From a virus (Duplodnaviria > Caudoviricetes): a DNA stretch of 54,153 nt. A program made the position numbers and the translations under genes. The notes below the pieces were generated by a model. It made no database searches and was not told the origin of the DNA. It saw nothing but the letters and a program-made list of their open reading frames with translations. The stretch covers positions 1 to 54,153 of IMG/VR virus record IMGVR_UViG_3300049893_001743; one strand, given 5' to 3'. Within the stretch, counting starts at the first letter, position 1. The number at the start of each line of letters is the position of its first letter. Shown piece after piece: positions 44,781 through 54,132 of this stretch.

Positions 44781-45079
44781 TAGGGTATAACCTCATCAGC
44801 GGCTGGAGCTACAGCGATCTGAGCATCAAGTTGAGCTATTTGTTCAAGAAGATTAGCTTTATCAGCTTGAAGCTGTTCCTTTGTAAGGACAACTGGTGCT
44901 GGAGGATTATTGATGAGGTTTGAATAATTAGTTAACCTCTTTGACTTCTCAGCCTCATGCGATCCATCAGCTACTTTAGATTGATACTCAGCCATTGAGC
45001 TGTAATAGATAGCATCCCTATAAGTAGCGCCAGAAACTTGTTCCTCAAATATAACTTGAATCTTAACTTGTTCAGTCAT
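44780..45079 (-). CDS. Hypothetical protein (possible fibre chaperone)
   Basis: YRDAIYY motif plus C-terminal coiled coil; GGAGG SD. Confidence 0.6.
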   Translation of the reverse strand: MTEQVKIQVIFEEQVSGATYRDAIYYSSMAEYQSKVADGSHEAEKSKRLTNYSNLINNPPAPVVLTKEQLQADKANLLEQIAQLDAQIAVAPAADEVIP

Positions 45080-45087
45080 TTATCCTC

Positions 45088-45363
45088 CTATCTATAATAA
45101 AGTATCGCTGTGCCAGCTACGAGAGTCTTAACATATAGCTTCTCGAATTCGACTCCACCTAAATACGTAGAGATAGAAACTGGATTATTATCAGGTGATG
45201 TCTGCCTGAATACTATTTGAGCCGTATTAGTCTTCAGAGCGAGTTCAAGAACACTAGTAGTATTTGTTGCTATTAGAAGGATACTTTGTACGTCCATAGA
45301 AAGATCAATATTAAGTCCTGCACTATCAACGTAGAAGCCACACCCTATAGATCCATTAGCCAT
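45088..45363 (-). CDS. Small virion structural protein
   Basis: 91 aa, beta-rich. Confidence 0.6.
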   Translation of the reverse strand: MANGSIGCGFYVDSAGLNIDLSMDVQSILLIATNTTSVLELALKTNTAQIVFRQTSPDNNPVSISTYLGGVEFEKLYVKTLVAGTAILYYR

Positions 45364-45960
45364 TTAGAACCTCCCGTAGTCTTTAGTTAAGTGGCTACGA
45401 GAAGTTTCGTGCCACAAGTTATCGGTTGCTGAGTAGAAAAGATTTAGGATTGCGCCTGAGTCCATTACAAAGCGACTGGTATAAAGAGCAAGTCCACTGC
45501 TATCAAAAAACGTTATGCTAGAACCTATGCATAGGAGAGTTATCTGCTTGCCCTGATAGGCTGATGTAATCTGTGGAGTAGACATGGAGGTAACGTTAAT
45601 GTTGGAGCCTGAGATGTATGTCCAGGGCTTATCATTCCAGGCTATAGGCTGACTTGTGGTATAGACGATAACCTTTGTTGATTCGGGTGGAATAATGTAG
45701 GCGTTTGATCCAACGAATACTGAGTTATCACGTTCTCCATCTCCGATATCGCCTTCCCCACCCAAGGATATCTTGGATAGAGGAGGCGTATCGAATTCGG
45801 CTGGAGAGACATCTGAGCCTTTATCACTTACAGGACGACCTGCTTCTCTAGTGTAGGCATTAGGATAAGAGGTAGTTGGTTGGAATCCGAATTGAAAACC
45901 ACTTCTCTCAGAATTCCACCATCTAAATCTTTCGCTTTTCCTACGACTAGGAGTAGCCAT
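45364..45960 (-). CDS. Virion structural protein
   Basis: 198 aa; C-terminal LFY....LWHE.SR beta-domain pattern. Confidence 0.6.
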   Translation of the reverse strand: MATPSRRKSERFRWWNSERSGFQFGFQPTTSYPNAYTREAGRPVSDKGSDVSPAEFDTPPLSKISLGGEGDIGDGERDNSVFVGSNAYIIPPESTKVIVYTTSQPIAWNDKPWTYISGSNINVTSMSTPQITSAYQGKQITLLCIGSSITFFDSSGLALYTSRFVMDSGAILNLFYSATDNLWHETSRSHLTKDYGRF

Positions 45961-45966
45961 GTTAGG

Positions 45967-46371
45967 TTACACCTGAGTGTTTAGGGATACCCTGTTGGCT
46001 AAAGCTGACCAGTCTGTGCCATTGTGTAGGAACGACAAGGTTTCTCCATTGAGCATAGTAACGTTTCCAGCAGTCGTAAAGAGAACACCACTCACACCCG
46101 ATCCTGTTAGCACAAGGCTAGGGATACGGATACCACCTGCGGAGTTCTGGATAACAACCGCTCCACCAGTGTTGCTGTAGACATGGATAACTTTACCAAG
46201 TTCACCACCATCAAAGTTAGTGATCGTGAGAGCAGATGCGCCAACGATGAAGTAGGTTCCGTAAGATACGTCTGGGGTAGTGTCTCCTGCCGTGAAGGTG
46301 TAGGCAGTACTTCCTACTCCAGGTTTAACGTAACTTAGACCGTAAGGAAGTCTCGTGGGTTGATGAGGCAT
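45967..46371 (-). CDS. Virion structural protein
   Basis: DTTPDV..ITNFDGG..G..F.HNGTDW pattern. Confidence 0.65.
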   Translation of the reverse strand: MPHQPTRLPYGLSYVKPGVGSTAYTFTAGDTTPDVSYGTYFIVGASALTITNFDGGELGKVIHVYSNTGGAVVIQNSAGGIRIPSLVLTGSGVSGVLFTTAGNVTMLNGETLSFLHNGTDWSALANRVSLNTQV

Positions 46372-46427
46372 TTTATATTCCTTCTTTGCTTACACCAGGC
46401 TTTACTGGAATAAGACTTTAAGTAACC

Positions 46428-46453
46428 GTGGATGGGGATTTCTCCCCACCCAC
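46428..46453 (-). terminator. GC-rich GAAA-loop hairpin downstream of the capsid gene (weak terminator or stabiliser)
   Basis: Minus strand GTGGGTGGGGA-GAAA-TCCCCATCCAC; no poly-U tail. Confidence 0.5.
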
Positions 46454-46466
46454 AGCCACGACATTT

Positions 46467-46508
46467 CTATTTCTTCTTCGTACCCTTTTTCTTACCGCCG
46501 CAAGGCAT
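46467..46508 (-). CDS. 13-aa Lys-rich micropeptide MPCGGKKKGTKKK
   Basis: AGGAG SD inside the capsid gene's last codons; ATG 1 nt after its stop. Confidence 0.5.
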   Translation of the reverse strand: MPCGGKKKGTKKK

Positions 46509-46509
46509 T

Positions 46510-47439
46510 TTACGCTCCTGCAGAGAAGTAGATGTTATTAGGCTTATTGCACTCAATGGAATAGCGGAAGGTTACCTTGAACAAGGCATCCCCTGTTTCA
46601 AAGTCACCATCCTGTGCGAAGTCCACATCACGCCTCATATAAGCGATGATACCGCCGTTAGATGACGGAGGATCGGCCCACAGCGTAAAGGCATCCGTAT
46701 CGGTCAGATACGGGGTGACGATAAGCTGGAGGTTGCGCTCTTTCAGAGCATTGATGGAGTTATTCGCTGACTCAGGATCATAACCAGAGTTTAAGAGTTC
46801 CTTGGCTTTCCATGCGTTAGCAGGGTTAACCAGGATTTTCTTAGCTCTGATCATCTGGATTTTACCTGAGTCATCTCTCGTGTTCTCAAACTCATCCAAG
46901 GCGGCCTGAAGAGAGGTCGCTGAAAGGTCTGAGGCGGGAGCAAGCAGGTTATTCCAGGTACCACCACGAAGACGGACTTTGCCAGTGGAGAAAATTGCAT
47001 TCCCCAGGCCATCCGTATGAGTGGCAGTAGCAGTTCCATTATTGATGATATCGAATCCAAGGATCTCAAGAGTCTCACGAGCCGAAGAACCAAGTTCCTC
47101 AGAGAACTGTTTCATCTGAGTAGGAACTTCAGGGTAGAGAGAATCCTCAATGAGTTCCTCCGTGATACGGACACCTAGACCATAGGTCTTATGAGTCCAT
47201 CTCTTGGTAGGACCTTGAACGAATTCATCATATGCAATCGGAGCGCCTTCTTCCTTGGAAGGAATCAGTCCTAACGCACCGAAGTATGCGCTCTCCTCAT
47301 AGGCACGTTTGGATGATTTCCAATCGCCACCTGTGAGAATTTCTTTGGACATTAAGTCCGAAGAGCGAGGTTTATAGCTATCTCTCATAAAGGAGAATAA
47401 GCCAGGAACCACGCTCTTATTAAACGTTGTTCTATTCAT
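46510..47439 (-). CDS. Major capsid protein (HK97 fold, Mu gpT-like family)
   Basis: K.EG..I.YD, HKTYGLG..ITEELIED.LY, DG..IFST, DLS..SL, PYLTDTDA, GDFETG; follows scaffold. Confidence 0.88.
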   Translation of the reverse strand: MNRTTFNKSVVPGLFSFMRDSYKPRSSDLMSKEILTGGDWKSSKRAYEESAYFGALGLIPSKEEGAPIAYDEFVQGPTKRWTHKTYGLGVRITEELIEDSLYPEVPTQMKQFSEELGSSARETLEILGFDIINNGTATATHTDGLGNAIFSTGKVRLRGGTWNNLLAPASDLSATSLQAALDEFENTRDDSGKIQMIRAKKILVNPANAWKAKELLNSGYDPESANNSINALKERNLQLIVTPYLTDTDAFTLWADPPSSNGGIIAYMRRDVDFAQDGDFETGDALFKVTFRYSIECNKPNNIYFSAGA

Positions 47440-47453
47440 GGTTTATGCTCCTA

Positions 47454-48056
47454 TTAGACGGATACGCCAACTTTAGTGTTGCCTAGTTGATGGTTTGCAA
47501 TACGAACAACCCACTCACAATAGTTACCAGGAGAATTTAATGTTCCATCCTGGTTAACCTTGTCCTGCGGATACAGAATCTGTAATGCGCCACCAGTACC
47601 TGCCGCCGCCGTGGAGCGATCTAGGACAGCGTATGAGTAACCGGTAGTCGTATTGCCAGTTCCTGCATCGATGTAGGTGAAATCAGCAGTATTACCGATT
47701 TCAGAGGTAGTTAATGCAGAACCACCCGTGTCTTCTTCAATCAAGTACCTTTGTGCTGGACTGTCAGTTACTCCCACCCAAGCGTCCGTACTTGCAGGTA
47801 GATATGCTCCTGCCGATAACGAGGTAATTCCACTTGGAAGGCCTGCATGGTTAAGATCCAAGAAGCCTACAACGGAGCCAAGAAGAGGAAGGTTCTGACC
47901 AACTGCCACTTGAGCAACCTGGCCTGAGTTATTCAGGGCAACGGGTTGATAGCGGTAGATAGCCAGAGCCGTATTAGCTCTGTAGTAGGTAACTTGAATG
48001 TTACCAGTAGGACCTGTAATGGGAAATAACCCACGAATCGATGAGTCATTAGCCAT
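47454..48056 (-). CDS. Capsid cement/decoration protein
   Basis: MAN....GLFP start, V.DSP...Y.IEED, terminal VVRIANHQ; directly upstream of MCP. Confidence 0.65.
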   Translation of the reverse strand: MANDSSIRGLFPITGPTGNIQVTYYRANTALAIYRYQPVALNNSGQVAQVAVGQNLPLLGSVVGFLDLNHAGLPSGITSLSAGAYLPASTDAWVGVTDSPAQRYLIEEDTGGSALTTSEIGNTADFTYIDAGTGNTTTGYSYAVLDRSTAAAGTGGALQILYPQDKVNQDGTLNSPGNYCEWVVRIANHQLGNTKVGVSV

Positions 48057-48079
48057 TTAAGTCTCCTAAGTTGAAGTTA

Positions 48080-48658
48080 TTATTCTGTTGTTTGAGCTTC
48101 TTCACGGGCATCCTCGCCAGTGAGCTTAGGTTTATAGTACGACTCTCCACCTTCTTTCCATTTCTCAATGGGGAGATTTCGCACTCTCTCTAAAGATTCA
48201 AGGCCAGGCCTCTGCCGAAGCTTGGTTGCTTGCTTTAAAGGCATGAATCCAAGTATGGAATCACCTCTTTCTATTGTGCCTATTGCGGTAAATAGGCTCC
48301 TGGAAAGGTCAGGAAAGTACGTACGGTTAGCTATATGCCACCCTCGTACAGTTGTTGCCCTATCGATCATCCGTTTATCTTTATTGATCCAACGGAATGC
48401 GAATCGAGAGGAATACTTTTTGTCTACCTCATCAGGAAGGGATAATGAGTGTTTACCTTCAGGGAGGTCTACTTCTTTGACTTCGATATCGTCTAGAGAC
48501 TTAGGCTGTTCTCTAAGCTTCTCATGAACGTATGCGTCAATATTGGATGTGAGGACTAGGGGCTGTGCGGATTGAGTTTCTTCAGCCTTCGGCTCATCTT
48601 TTACTTCGGGCTTAACTTCTTGCTTAGGCTCTTCCTTCTTATCCCATCTACCCATCAC
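48080..48658 (-). CDS. Conserved head-module hypothetical protein
   Basis: FRWI..GW..GD.IL..MP pattern between scaffold and capsid genes. Confidence 0.65.
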   Translation of the reverse strand: MMGRWDKKEEPKQEVKPEVKDEPKAEETQSAQPLVLTSNIDAYVHEKLREQPKSLDDIEVKEVDLPEGKHSLSLPDEVDKKYSSRFAFRWINKDKRMIDRATTVRGWHIANRTYFPDLSRSLFTAIGTIERGDSILGFMPLKQATKLRQRPGLESLERVRNLPIEKWKEGGESYYKPKLTGEDAREEAQTTE

Positions 48659-49464
48659 GCACCACCTTTTCTTCTCTCATCGAGAATTTTACGTTCTCTG
48701 GCGTAATCCTCTGGCTTAATACCGTTGGATTTACAGAATTCCAGGTCATCTTTGGATAGAACTATCTTTGTGGTTGAGGGAGAGGAGGAGGCTTGAGATA
48801 CGGTGCCGGCTCCAGCCCTGGCCTGTCTATTGACCTCAGTTTGGACCAACTTCTTAGTAACAGTATCAAGTTTGCCTTGTTCACGGAGTTTAAGCTCCAT
48901 GTCATGCATAGCTAAGACAGGACCGAATGGATCTGCGGTATAGTCAATGTTCTCTGAGACGATTTGTTGGTACAAGAGTGCTTTCTCGCTCATGGCATCG
49001 GCTAACTCTGGATGACGCTCAAGGACCTGACGCTTGGACTTCTCAAAGTTCTCTCTGCGTCTAGTTTCTTGAGCTTCTATGAGTTGTTGCTGGCGTTCTT
49101 TCTCCATTAGGTTCTTGAAGCGTAACTCGGCTAACTCCTCTACGGTTGCCTTCCAGTCTTTGTTGAGCTTCTCATCCCATTCAGAGGGGGGGCTTTGAGG
49201 CTGACTAGGCTGTGAGGGCGGTTGCATTTGAGAGAGGAGGCGTTCTAGTTTTTCCTCTAACTTGCGAGCCGAGGTATTTTGATAGTTAATACCTTTTTGG
49301 ATCTTCTCTAGTTGTTCAATAGTGACATATTGAGGCTCAGATTTAGGCTTGGGTTCTGGCTTAACAGGCTTATTGTCCTGGTCAAGCTCAACCTCCTGAT
49401 GGTCTGAGGGACTCTCAGGCACTACCTTCTCCTCTTTCACTGCTGAGGGCGTATTAGTTTTCAT
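48655..49464 (-). CDS. Capsid scaffolding protein
   Basis: E/Q/K-rich coiled coil; terminal LSKDDLEFC...GI.PEDYA helix. Confidence 0.75.
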   Translation of the reverse strand: MKTNTPSAVKEEKVVPESPSDHQEVELDQDNKPVKPEPKPKSEPQYVTIEQLEKIQKGINYQNTSARKLEEKLERLLSQMQPPSQPSQPQSPPSEWDEKLNKDWKATVEELAELRFKNLMEKERQQQLIEAQETRRRENFEKSKRQVLERHPELADAMSEKALLYQQIVSENIDYTADPFGPVLAMHDMELKLREQGKLDTVTKKLVQTEVNRQARAGAGTVSQASSSPSTTKIVLSKDDLEFCKSNGIKPEDYARERKILDERRKGGA

Positions 49465-49484
49465 TGTATTACTCCTTCTTTCTC

Positions 49485-49751
49485 CTAGTTGTAGGGCTGT
49501 TCTTCTTCTGTACTTACTTGTGTGTTACGTTCTACTTCATAAATAGCTTGAGATATTCCGTCTATGATTCCTTGTAGACGGTTGGCTCCATCATAGTCAT
49601 GGATGCGAAGGTTTTCCGACTTCTCCTTCTCTTTTCTTATCGAGAGCCTCTCCCATAGGGCCTGACACATTCTCCACTGACGGTTGTTGACCAGGCTTTT
49701 CAGAAGCTCCTTGTCCTCCTTTGTCAGGTAATCCTGCTGAGACACTTCCAC
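49485..49751 (-). CDS. Small helical protein after portal
   Basis: W......RLQG..DG motif typical of this position; overlaps portal 3' end. Confidence 0.6.
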   Translation of the reverse strand: MEVSQQDYLTKEDKELLKSLVNNRQWRMCQALWERLSIRKEKEKSENLRIHDYDGANRLQGIIDGISQAIYEVERNTQVSTEEEQPYN

Positions 49752-51858
49752 CTCCTACTTTTGCCATTAGCGCCATCATTTGTTGCAACATGGCAAAATG
49801 TTGCTCTACGTGTAATTTATTGTACTCCATGATCTGGTTTGTCAATTCAGGGGCTGTTTGCTGAAGTTCCAGGAAATGAGGGGATTTGGCGAACTCTAAG
49901 TGTTTGTGGATATGGAATAGATGATTCTCTGCCATTTGGGGTATGACACGGGAGAAGTCACCGTTAAGCATTAGAGTATTCTCATCTTCTGGGTCAGTTA
50001 CGTCATCGGTCATAGGGGCAGGACCAAGGTAGCGTTCAGGGTCACGTCCATAGGCCTTGAGGAAATCAGCCGTTACGGTGTATATCTTAACGGGGTCAGT
50101 TCCTACGAGAACATTCTGCATGAGGATGGAATACATCATGCCCATGAGTTGGCGTTCGGTTTCCTTTGAACCCATGGAGGGATCGGCTAATTGGAAGGCC
50201 GTGAATTCTCCGTTTATTCCTTGGGCTGAGAGTTCACCATCTGAGAATATCTTTTCACCTTTTTCTCCAAGCACCTTCTCTTCCATGCCGATGGGGATAT
50301 TTAGTTGGATGATATCCAGGTGTTGCTGAACTATGCGTGAAGCTCCGAAGCGCAGACGCTCAGATGGAAGAGAGAAGCGTATCTCGGCAGATTGGACGAT
50401 AGCTTGGGTCCTTGTAGCTGTACCTGAACCACCTACGGTCCCAGACTCACGACCCATGACGTATTCAGAGGCGGCTGTGAGGCGTTCTATGAATTCAAGA
50501 GTAAGGCGTATGGCGTTTATGAGGCGTTCTGTCGGGATGTCTAGAGGAGGAAAGTAGACGTTCCTGTTGGGGTCTGTTACAGGCATACCCTTGTTGGGGC
50601 CAAGCTTAATGGCAGGGGCATCTACGTCTCCCGAAGGGTCATAGAAGAATGGGCGTAAGACTCCTAGCGTATTGGCATCTGTCATTTGGTTAAAGATGGC
50701 ATCTACTTCTTCTGCAAGTTCACGGACTTTGGTAAGAACGCCCTCGCCCTCTAGGTCATCTGGACGTTGGAGATAGTTGTCATATTTTGTGAGGTCTAAA
50801 GGGCGTTTCCCAGACTTTGTGACATCACGCATGCGGATACCGCCCAGGTAAACTCTGTGTTCGGGTGATACCCAGACTCGGACAGATTCGGGTGTTCCTA
50901 CGCCATCTACGTCGTAGTGCATGTATTCACGGACTACCTCAACGGGGATGTTGCGGATCTTAATTCTACGAAGGCGTTCACGCTCAGATGGGTCCGCATT
51001 TTCAGGTATGCCTGGGACTATAATCTTGGTACGTAGTTCATCTAGGTTGATTATGGCTCCACTTAATTCTAGTTCCTCTAGGATACGGAAGGGGACTTCT
51101 TCTCGTATGATAACGGGATCTTTTTGGATATCACGGGAGTGTTTTAGGAAGAAAACGCTATCCTTGGGAATGACACGGGATTTAGTCTTCTCAACCTTGA
51201 TTTGCTTGGGAACCTTAGTTTTGCCGGCTCCTACGGGCTGACCGTCTGGACCTAGAACATCGAGTTCCTCTGTGGTGTGGTTAACTTCTACGTCCCAGTA
51301 AGTTTCTGTGAGAGAGTCTCCGATACTGGCGGTATGCTTAGTCCAGAAGTCGAAGAAGGGTCGCATGGGTGACCATACACGCACCCACCAGTCCATGAAT
51401 TTAGAAATGCGTTCTGTCTTAGGGACATAGACGCTTGCCATGGCTCTCCATCTGGTCAAGTCTTCGTTCCATACAGAAGGGAAGAGACGGGCATGGATGA
51501 GGTCTACTACGGATGTGGCAATACGGATGGAGCGGTTAGAGCAGAATTTCCATGGGACATCCTTGGGGATACGATTCCCATTGTACATATCTATGATACG
51601 TTTGTACCATTCCTTGAAGTTGAGTTTTTCTCCCTTGGAAGTGGTTCCGTAATCTACTTTCTCCTTATCTGACTTGGCTCTCTCATAGTCATCTAGAACC
51701 GTATCTAAGAGCATCTGGAACAGATTAGGATCTCTGGTTATTTGTATATCAATAGGAGAGGAGCCAGACTGCGAAGCATCTGCGGTTTGGTCTACGTTTA
51801 TAGGTGTGGCAGGTTCGGCCTGGCCCCTCTCTTCTAACTTTGTCTCAAGTCCTGGCAT
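49597..51858 (-). CDS. Portal protein (P22-like)
   Basis: 753 aa; G.G......L..EV..IFNQ..D, G....GTAT, Q/M-rich C-terminal barrel; position. Confidence 0.85.
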   Translation of the reverse strand: MPGLETKLEERGQAEPATPINVDQTADASQSGSSPIDIQITRDPNLFQMLLDTVLDDYERAKSDKEKVDYGTTSKGEKLNFKEWYKRIIDMYNGNRIPKDVPWKFCSNRSIRIATSVVDLIHARLFPSVWNEDLTRWRAMASVYVPKTERISKFMDWWVRVWSPMRPFFDFWTKHTASIGDSLTETYWDVEVNHTTEELDVLGPDGQPVGAGKTKVPKQIKVEKTKSRVIPKDSVFFLKHSRDIQKDPVIIREEVPFRILEELELSGAIINLDELRTKIIVPGIPENADPSERERLRRIKIRNIPVEVVREYMHYDVDGVGTPESVRVWVSPEHRVYLGGIRMRDVTKSGKRPLDLTKYDNYLQRPDDLEGEGVLTKVRELAEEVDAIFNQMTDANTLGVLRPFFYDPSGDVDAPAIKLGPNKGMPVTDPNRNVYFPPLDIPTERLINAIRLTLEFIERLTAASEYVMGRESGTVGGSGTATRTQAIVQSAEIRFSLPSERLRFGASRIVQQHLDIIQLNIPIGMEEKVLGEKGEKIFSDGELSAQGINGEFTAFQLADPSMGSKETERQLMGMMYSILMQNVLVGTDPVKIYTVTADFLKAYGRDPERYLGPAPMTDDVTDPEDENTLMLNGDFSRVIPQMAENHLFHIHKHLEFAKSPHFLELQQTAPELTNQIMEYNKLHVEQHFAMLQQMMALMAKVGGGSVSAGLPDKGGQGASEKPGQQPSVENVSGPMGEALDKKREGEVGKPSHP

Positions 51859-52035
51859 TTATTTACCCTGCCATGTTTTCCTGAAAGAGTGACGTTTAGT
51901 GGAGCTTCCTTCTGGGCAACAAGAGTCGCTCATTTCTTTTCTGTGAAGCTTGGCTTTGCCTATGGCATAACGTCCATCTGAGCCGACCCCTCTATCGTTA
52001 GGAACGCTTATCTTCTGAGGCTTTGCTTGGGACAT
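51859..52035 (-). CDS. Small basic protein (58 aa, not in ORF track)
   Basis: AAGGAG SD; MSQAKPQKISVPNDRG...WQGK; abuts portal ATG. Confidence 0.55.
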   Translation of the reverse strand: MSQAKPQKISVPNDRGVGSDGRYAIGKAKLHRKEMSDSCCPEGSSTKRHSFRKTWQGK

Positions 52036-52681
52036 CTATGATCTCCTTTGATTTAGCTTTCTTTATCTTATCTAGAAGCCATTCACGCTTGGCTTCAAGT
52101 TCCTCATCGGACATAATGTTGTATTGATTGAGGGTGAGAGAGTGTATGCCGTCACCCTCCATCTCCTTGCGAGAATGCTCTATCGTAGTCAACAACTCTC
52201 GCACGTTTCCTTTGGTCTTGGCTTTCTCGTATAGCTTCTCTACACGTTCCAAGCGGACCTTCTTGTGAGACATTGGAACATCTTCCAAGGTAGCTAAGTA
52301 TTCCTGCCTGTATTTGCTTATGATAGGTTGCCATTTTTTAGTGGATTTGTAGGCGGTGACGAGGGATGGTGTAATGGAGATGCGGAATATGTCTTGGACT
52401 TGTTCCACGATGTCGGATGGTGTGACATATTTTGCAATACCACGCAGTATGTAATCTTTAACGTCATATCTTTCGTCCAGTTTTCCTATGCCAGTCTTTC
52501 CACGACCTTTGTTCACGTCTTCAAGGTCGGATGTTTTTATGAGGTACTCATCCTTCGTGTCCTCTGGATTTACAATAACAGGTTCTTGTCCTTGTGCAAC
52601 TTGCTTAGAGGTGTCACGAGGCGCAGGAGCAGGTTTCTTATGGAACGGATTAAGGTTAGTAAGGAGCTTCTTCAAGTTCAT
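51998..52681 (-). CDS. DUF2280-like protein, candidate terminase small subunit
   Basis: VK.YI...IA...TPS.IV..V...F..KW...R..Y....VP......RL pattern; SDEEL C-terminal motif. Confidence 0.6.
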   Translation of the reverse strand: MNLKKLLTNLNPFHKKPAPAPRDTSKQVAQGQEPVIVNPEDTKDEYLIKTSDLEDVNKGRGKTGIGKLDERYDVKDYILRGIAKYVTPSDIVEQVQDIFRISITPSLVTAYKSTKKWQPIISKYRQEYLATLEDVPMSHKKVRLERVEKLYEKAKTKGNVRELLTTIEHSRKEMEGDGIHSLTLNQYNIMSDEELEAKREWLLDKIKKAKSKEIIDVPSKASEDKRS

Positions 52682-54098
52682 AATCTATTCCTGCCATACG
52701 GCTTGAGGTTGGGTTGGACATGCATAGGTAGCGTACACAGTCAGCTCCGTGAGTCTCCTTGTCCTTGGATTTCTCCTTGGGGTCCTTCTCATCTGCAGTT
52801 TTGCCGATCCACTCCTCGTATTGGTGGTTCATGATGGAGTGTATAGTCTTGGGAGCGAGGTACTTGTGGAAGAAGAGTTTAGGCTTATTGGTGTGGGAGA
52901 TGGGCATATCTTTGTCGTAGTGGAGGTACTCTTTTACCTTAAGACGGCCTTCGTCCTTGGCGTCATCGGCTTCTATCCAGCCTCCACAGCCGGCATGATA
53001 GAGTTCCTGGATGACGGTACGGCCCGTGGTTATAAGGGGCTTGCGACCAAAGTTAGGGTCTATGATGCGTTTTTTCATGCGGTAGCCTTGCTTGCGTTCG
53101 TGGGACTTTATCATGGTAGCTAGTTCCTGGATGGTGCAGTGAACGGATAGCTCAGAGTGTACGAATACGTCATCATTGCGGTCTATGATGGCCCATATGA
53201 CATGGTGCGGTTGGCGGTCATGGGGGTCTAGGATGGAGATGACGGGATCTGGGTATTGGTAGGAGAATTCTATCTTGTGGACATCACAGAATTCCCTGTA
53301 GACGATACCTCTTAGATGATAGAACTTTCCGTGGATGCGAGTCTCACGGGTCTCATCATCCCACATGGTTTCAAATTTCTTGATATTCTCCTCTGAGAGA
53401 ATGGGATTTCCCTTAATATCGAACTTGTTGTCCCGCATATCCACGATGAAGGATTCGATGCGTTGTCCGTCTGATTTATCAACTAGCTCCTCCTTCATCC
53501 ATGGCTCAATTAGGGGGGTAAAGGTTAGGATGGCACGACCTCCACGGTCAATTAAGCCACGCATGATGGCATCGAAGCGTTTCTTGGATTGAGGCTCATC
53601 TCCCCAATAGAAGTCCCAGTCCTGGGATTCGAATTTCATAACGTCTTGTTCGTTGGATAGGAAGTCTACTGTGGATCCGTCTGCACATACGATACGGGCA
53701 ATGTAGCCACCTGTTATACGCTTAATGTGGGTTATGTAATTTGAGGGAAGGTAGGACATAATCTTGGGTTCGATAACCTTCTCCACGATGGCGTTATCGG
53801 TTCCAACTACTACAGCCTTGATGGGGTGGAAAAAGCGGCGTTTACGAGGGAAGTAATCGGGATATTTTCGTGTAAGGTGCATGGAGAGTTCAACTGCCCC
53901 TATGGTAGATTTACCCGACCTATTCCCTCCAGAAAAAAGAATTATATCGGCTTCAGATTTGTGGGCCTTAAGTTGCATCGGGTTAGGAATATAATATTTC
54001 AGGCCCTCCGAAGTGCGTCGCCTTTGGCGGATCGCATCTATGGCCTCCAGCTCGGCTAAGGCCTGCCGCAATGTCAGTTCGTCCTGCACCTGTTCCAT
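52656..54098 (-). CDS. terL: Terminase large subunit
   Basis: P.Q..H, GGNRSGKS Walker A, WGDE Walker B, TFTP, ILDPH RNase H-like Asp, HGADCVRY. Confidence 0.93.
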   Translation of the reverse strand: MEQVQDELTLRQALAELEAIDAIRQRRRTSEGLKYYIPNPMQLKAHKSEADIILFSGGNRSGKSTIGAVELSMHLTRKYPDYFPRKRRFFHPIKAVVVGTDNAIVEKVIEPKIMSYLPSNYITHIKRITGGYIARIVCADGSTVDFLSNEQDVMKFESQDWDFYWGDEPQSKKRFDAIMRGLIDRGGRAILTFTPLIEPWMKEELVDKSDGQRIESFIVDMRDNKFDIKGNPILSEENIKKFETMWDDETRETRIHGKFYHLRGIVYREFCDVHKIEFSYQYPDPVISILDPHDRQPHHVIWAIIDRNDDVFVHSELSVHCTIQELATMIKSHERKQGYRMKKRIIDPNFGRKPLITTGRTVIQELYHAGCGGWIEADDAKDEGRLKVKEYLHYDKDMPISHTNKPKLFFHKYLAPKTIHSIMNHQYEEWIGKTADEKDPKEKSKDKETHGADCVRYLCMSNPTSSRMAGIDYELEEAPY

Positions 54099-54104
54099 GA
54101 CTGA

Positions 54105-54132
54105 ACGCTAGCACAATGAAGGTGCGTGTCAA
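54105..54132 (-). promoter_or_regulatory. Sigma70-type promoter for the packaging/structural operon
   Basis: Minus-strand TTGACA (54132-54127), 16 nt, TG-extended TAGCGT (54110-54105); terL ATG 7 nt downstream. Confidence 0.65.

Noticed and set aside
32120-54059. Numerous + strand ORFs of 60-170 aa antisense to structural genes
   Set aside because: Shadow frames of well-supported minus-strand genes, lacking motifs
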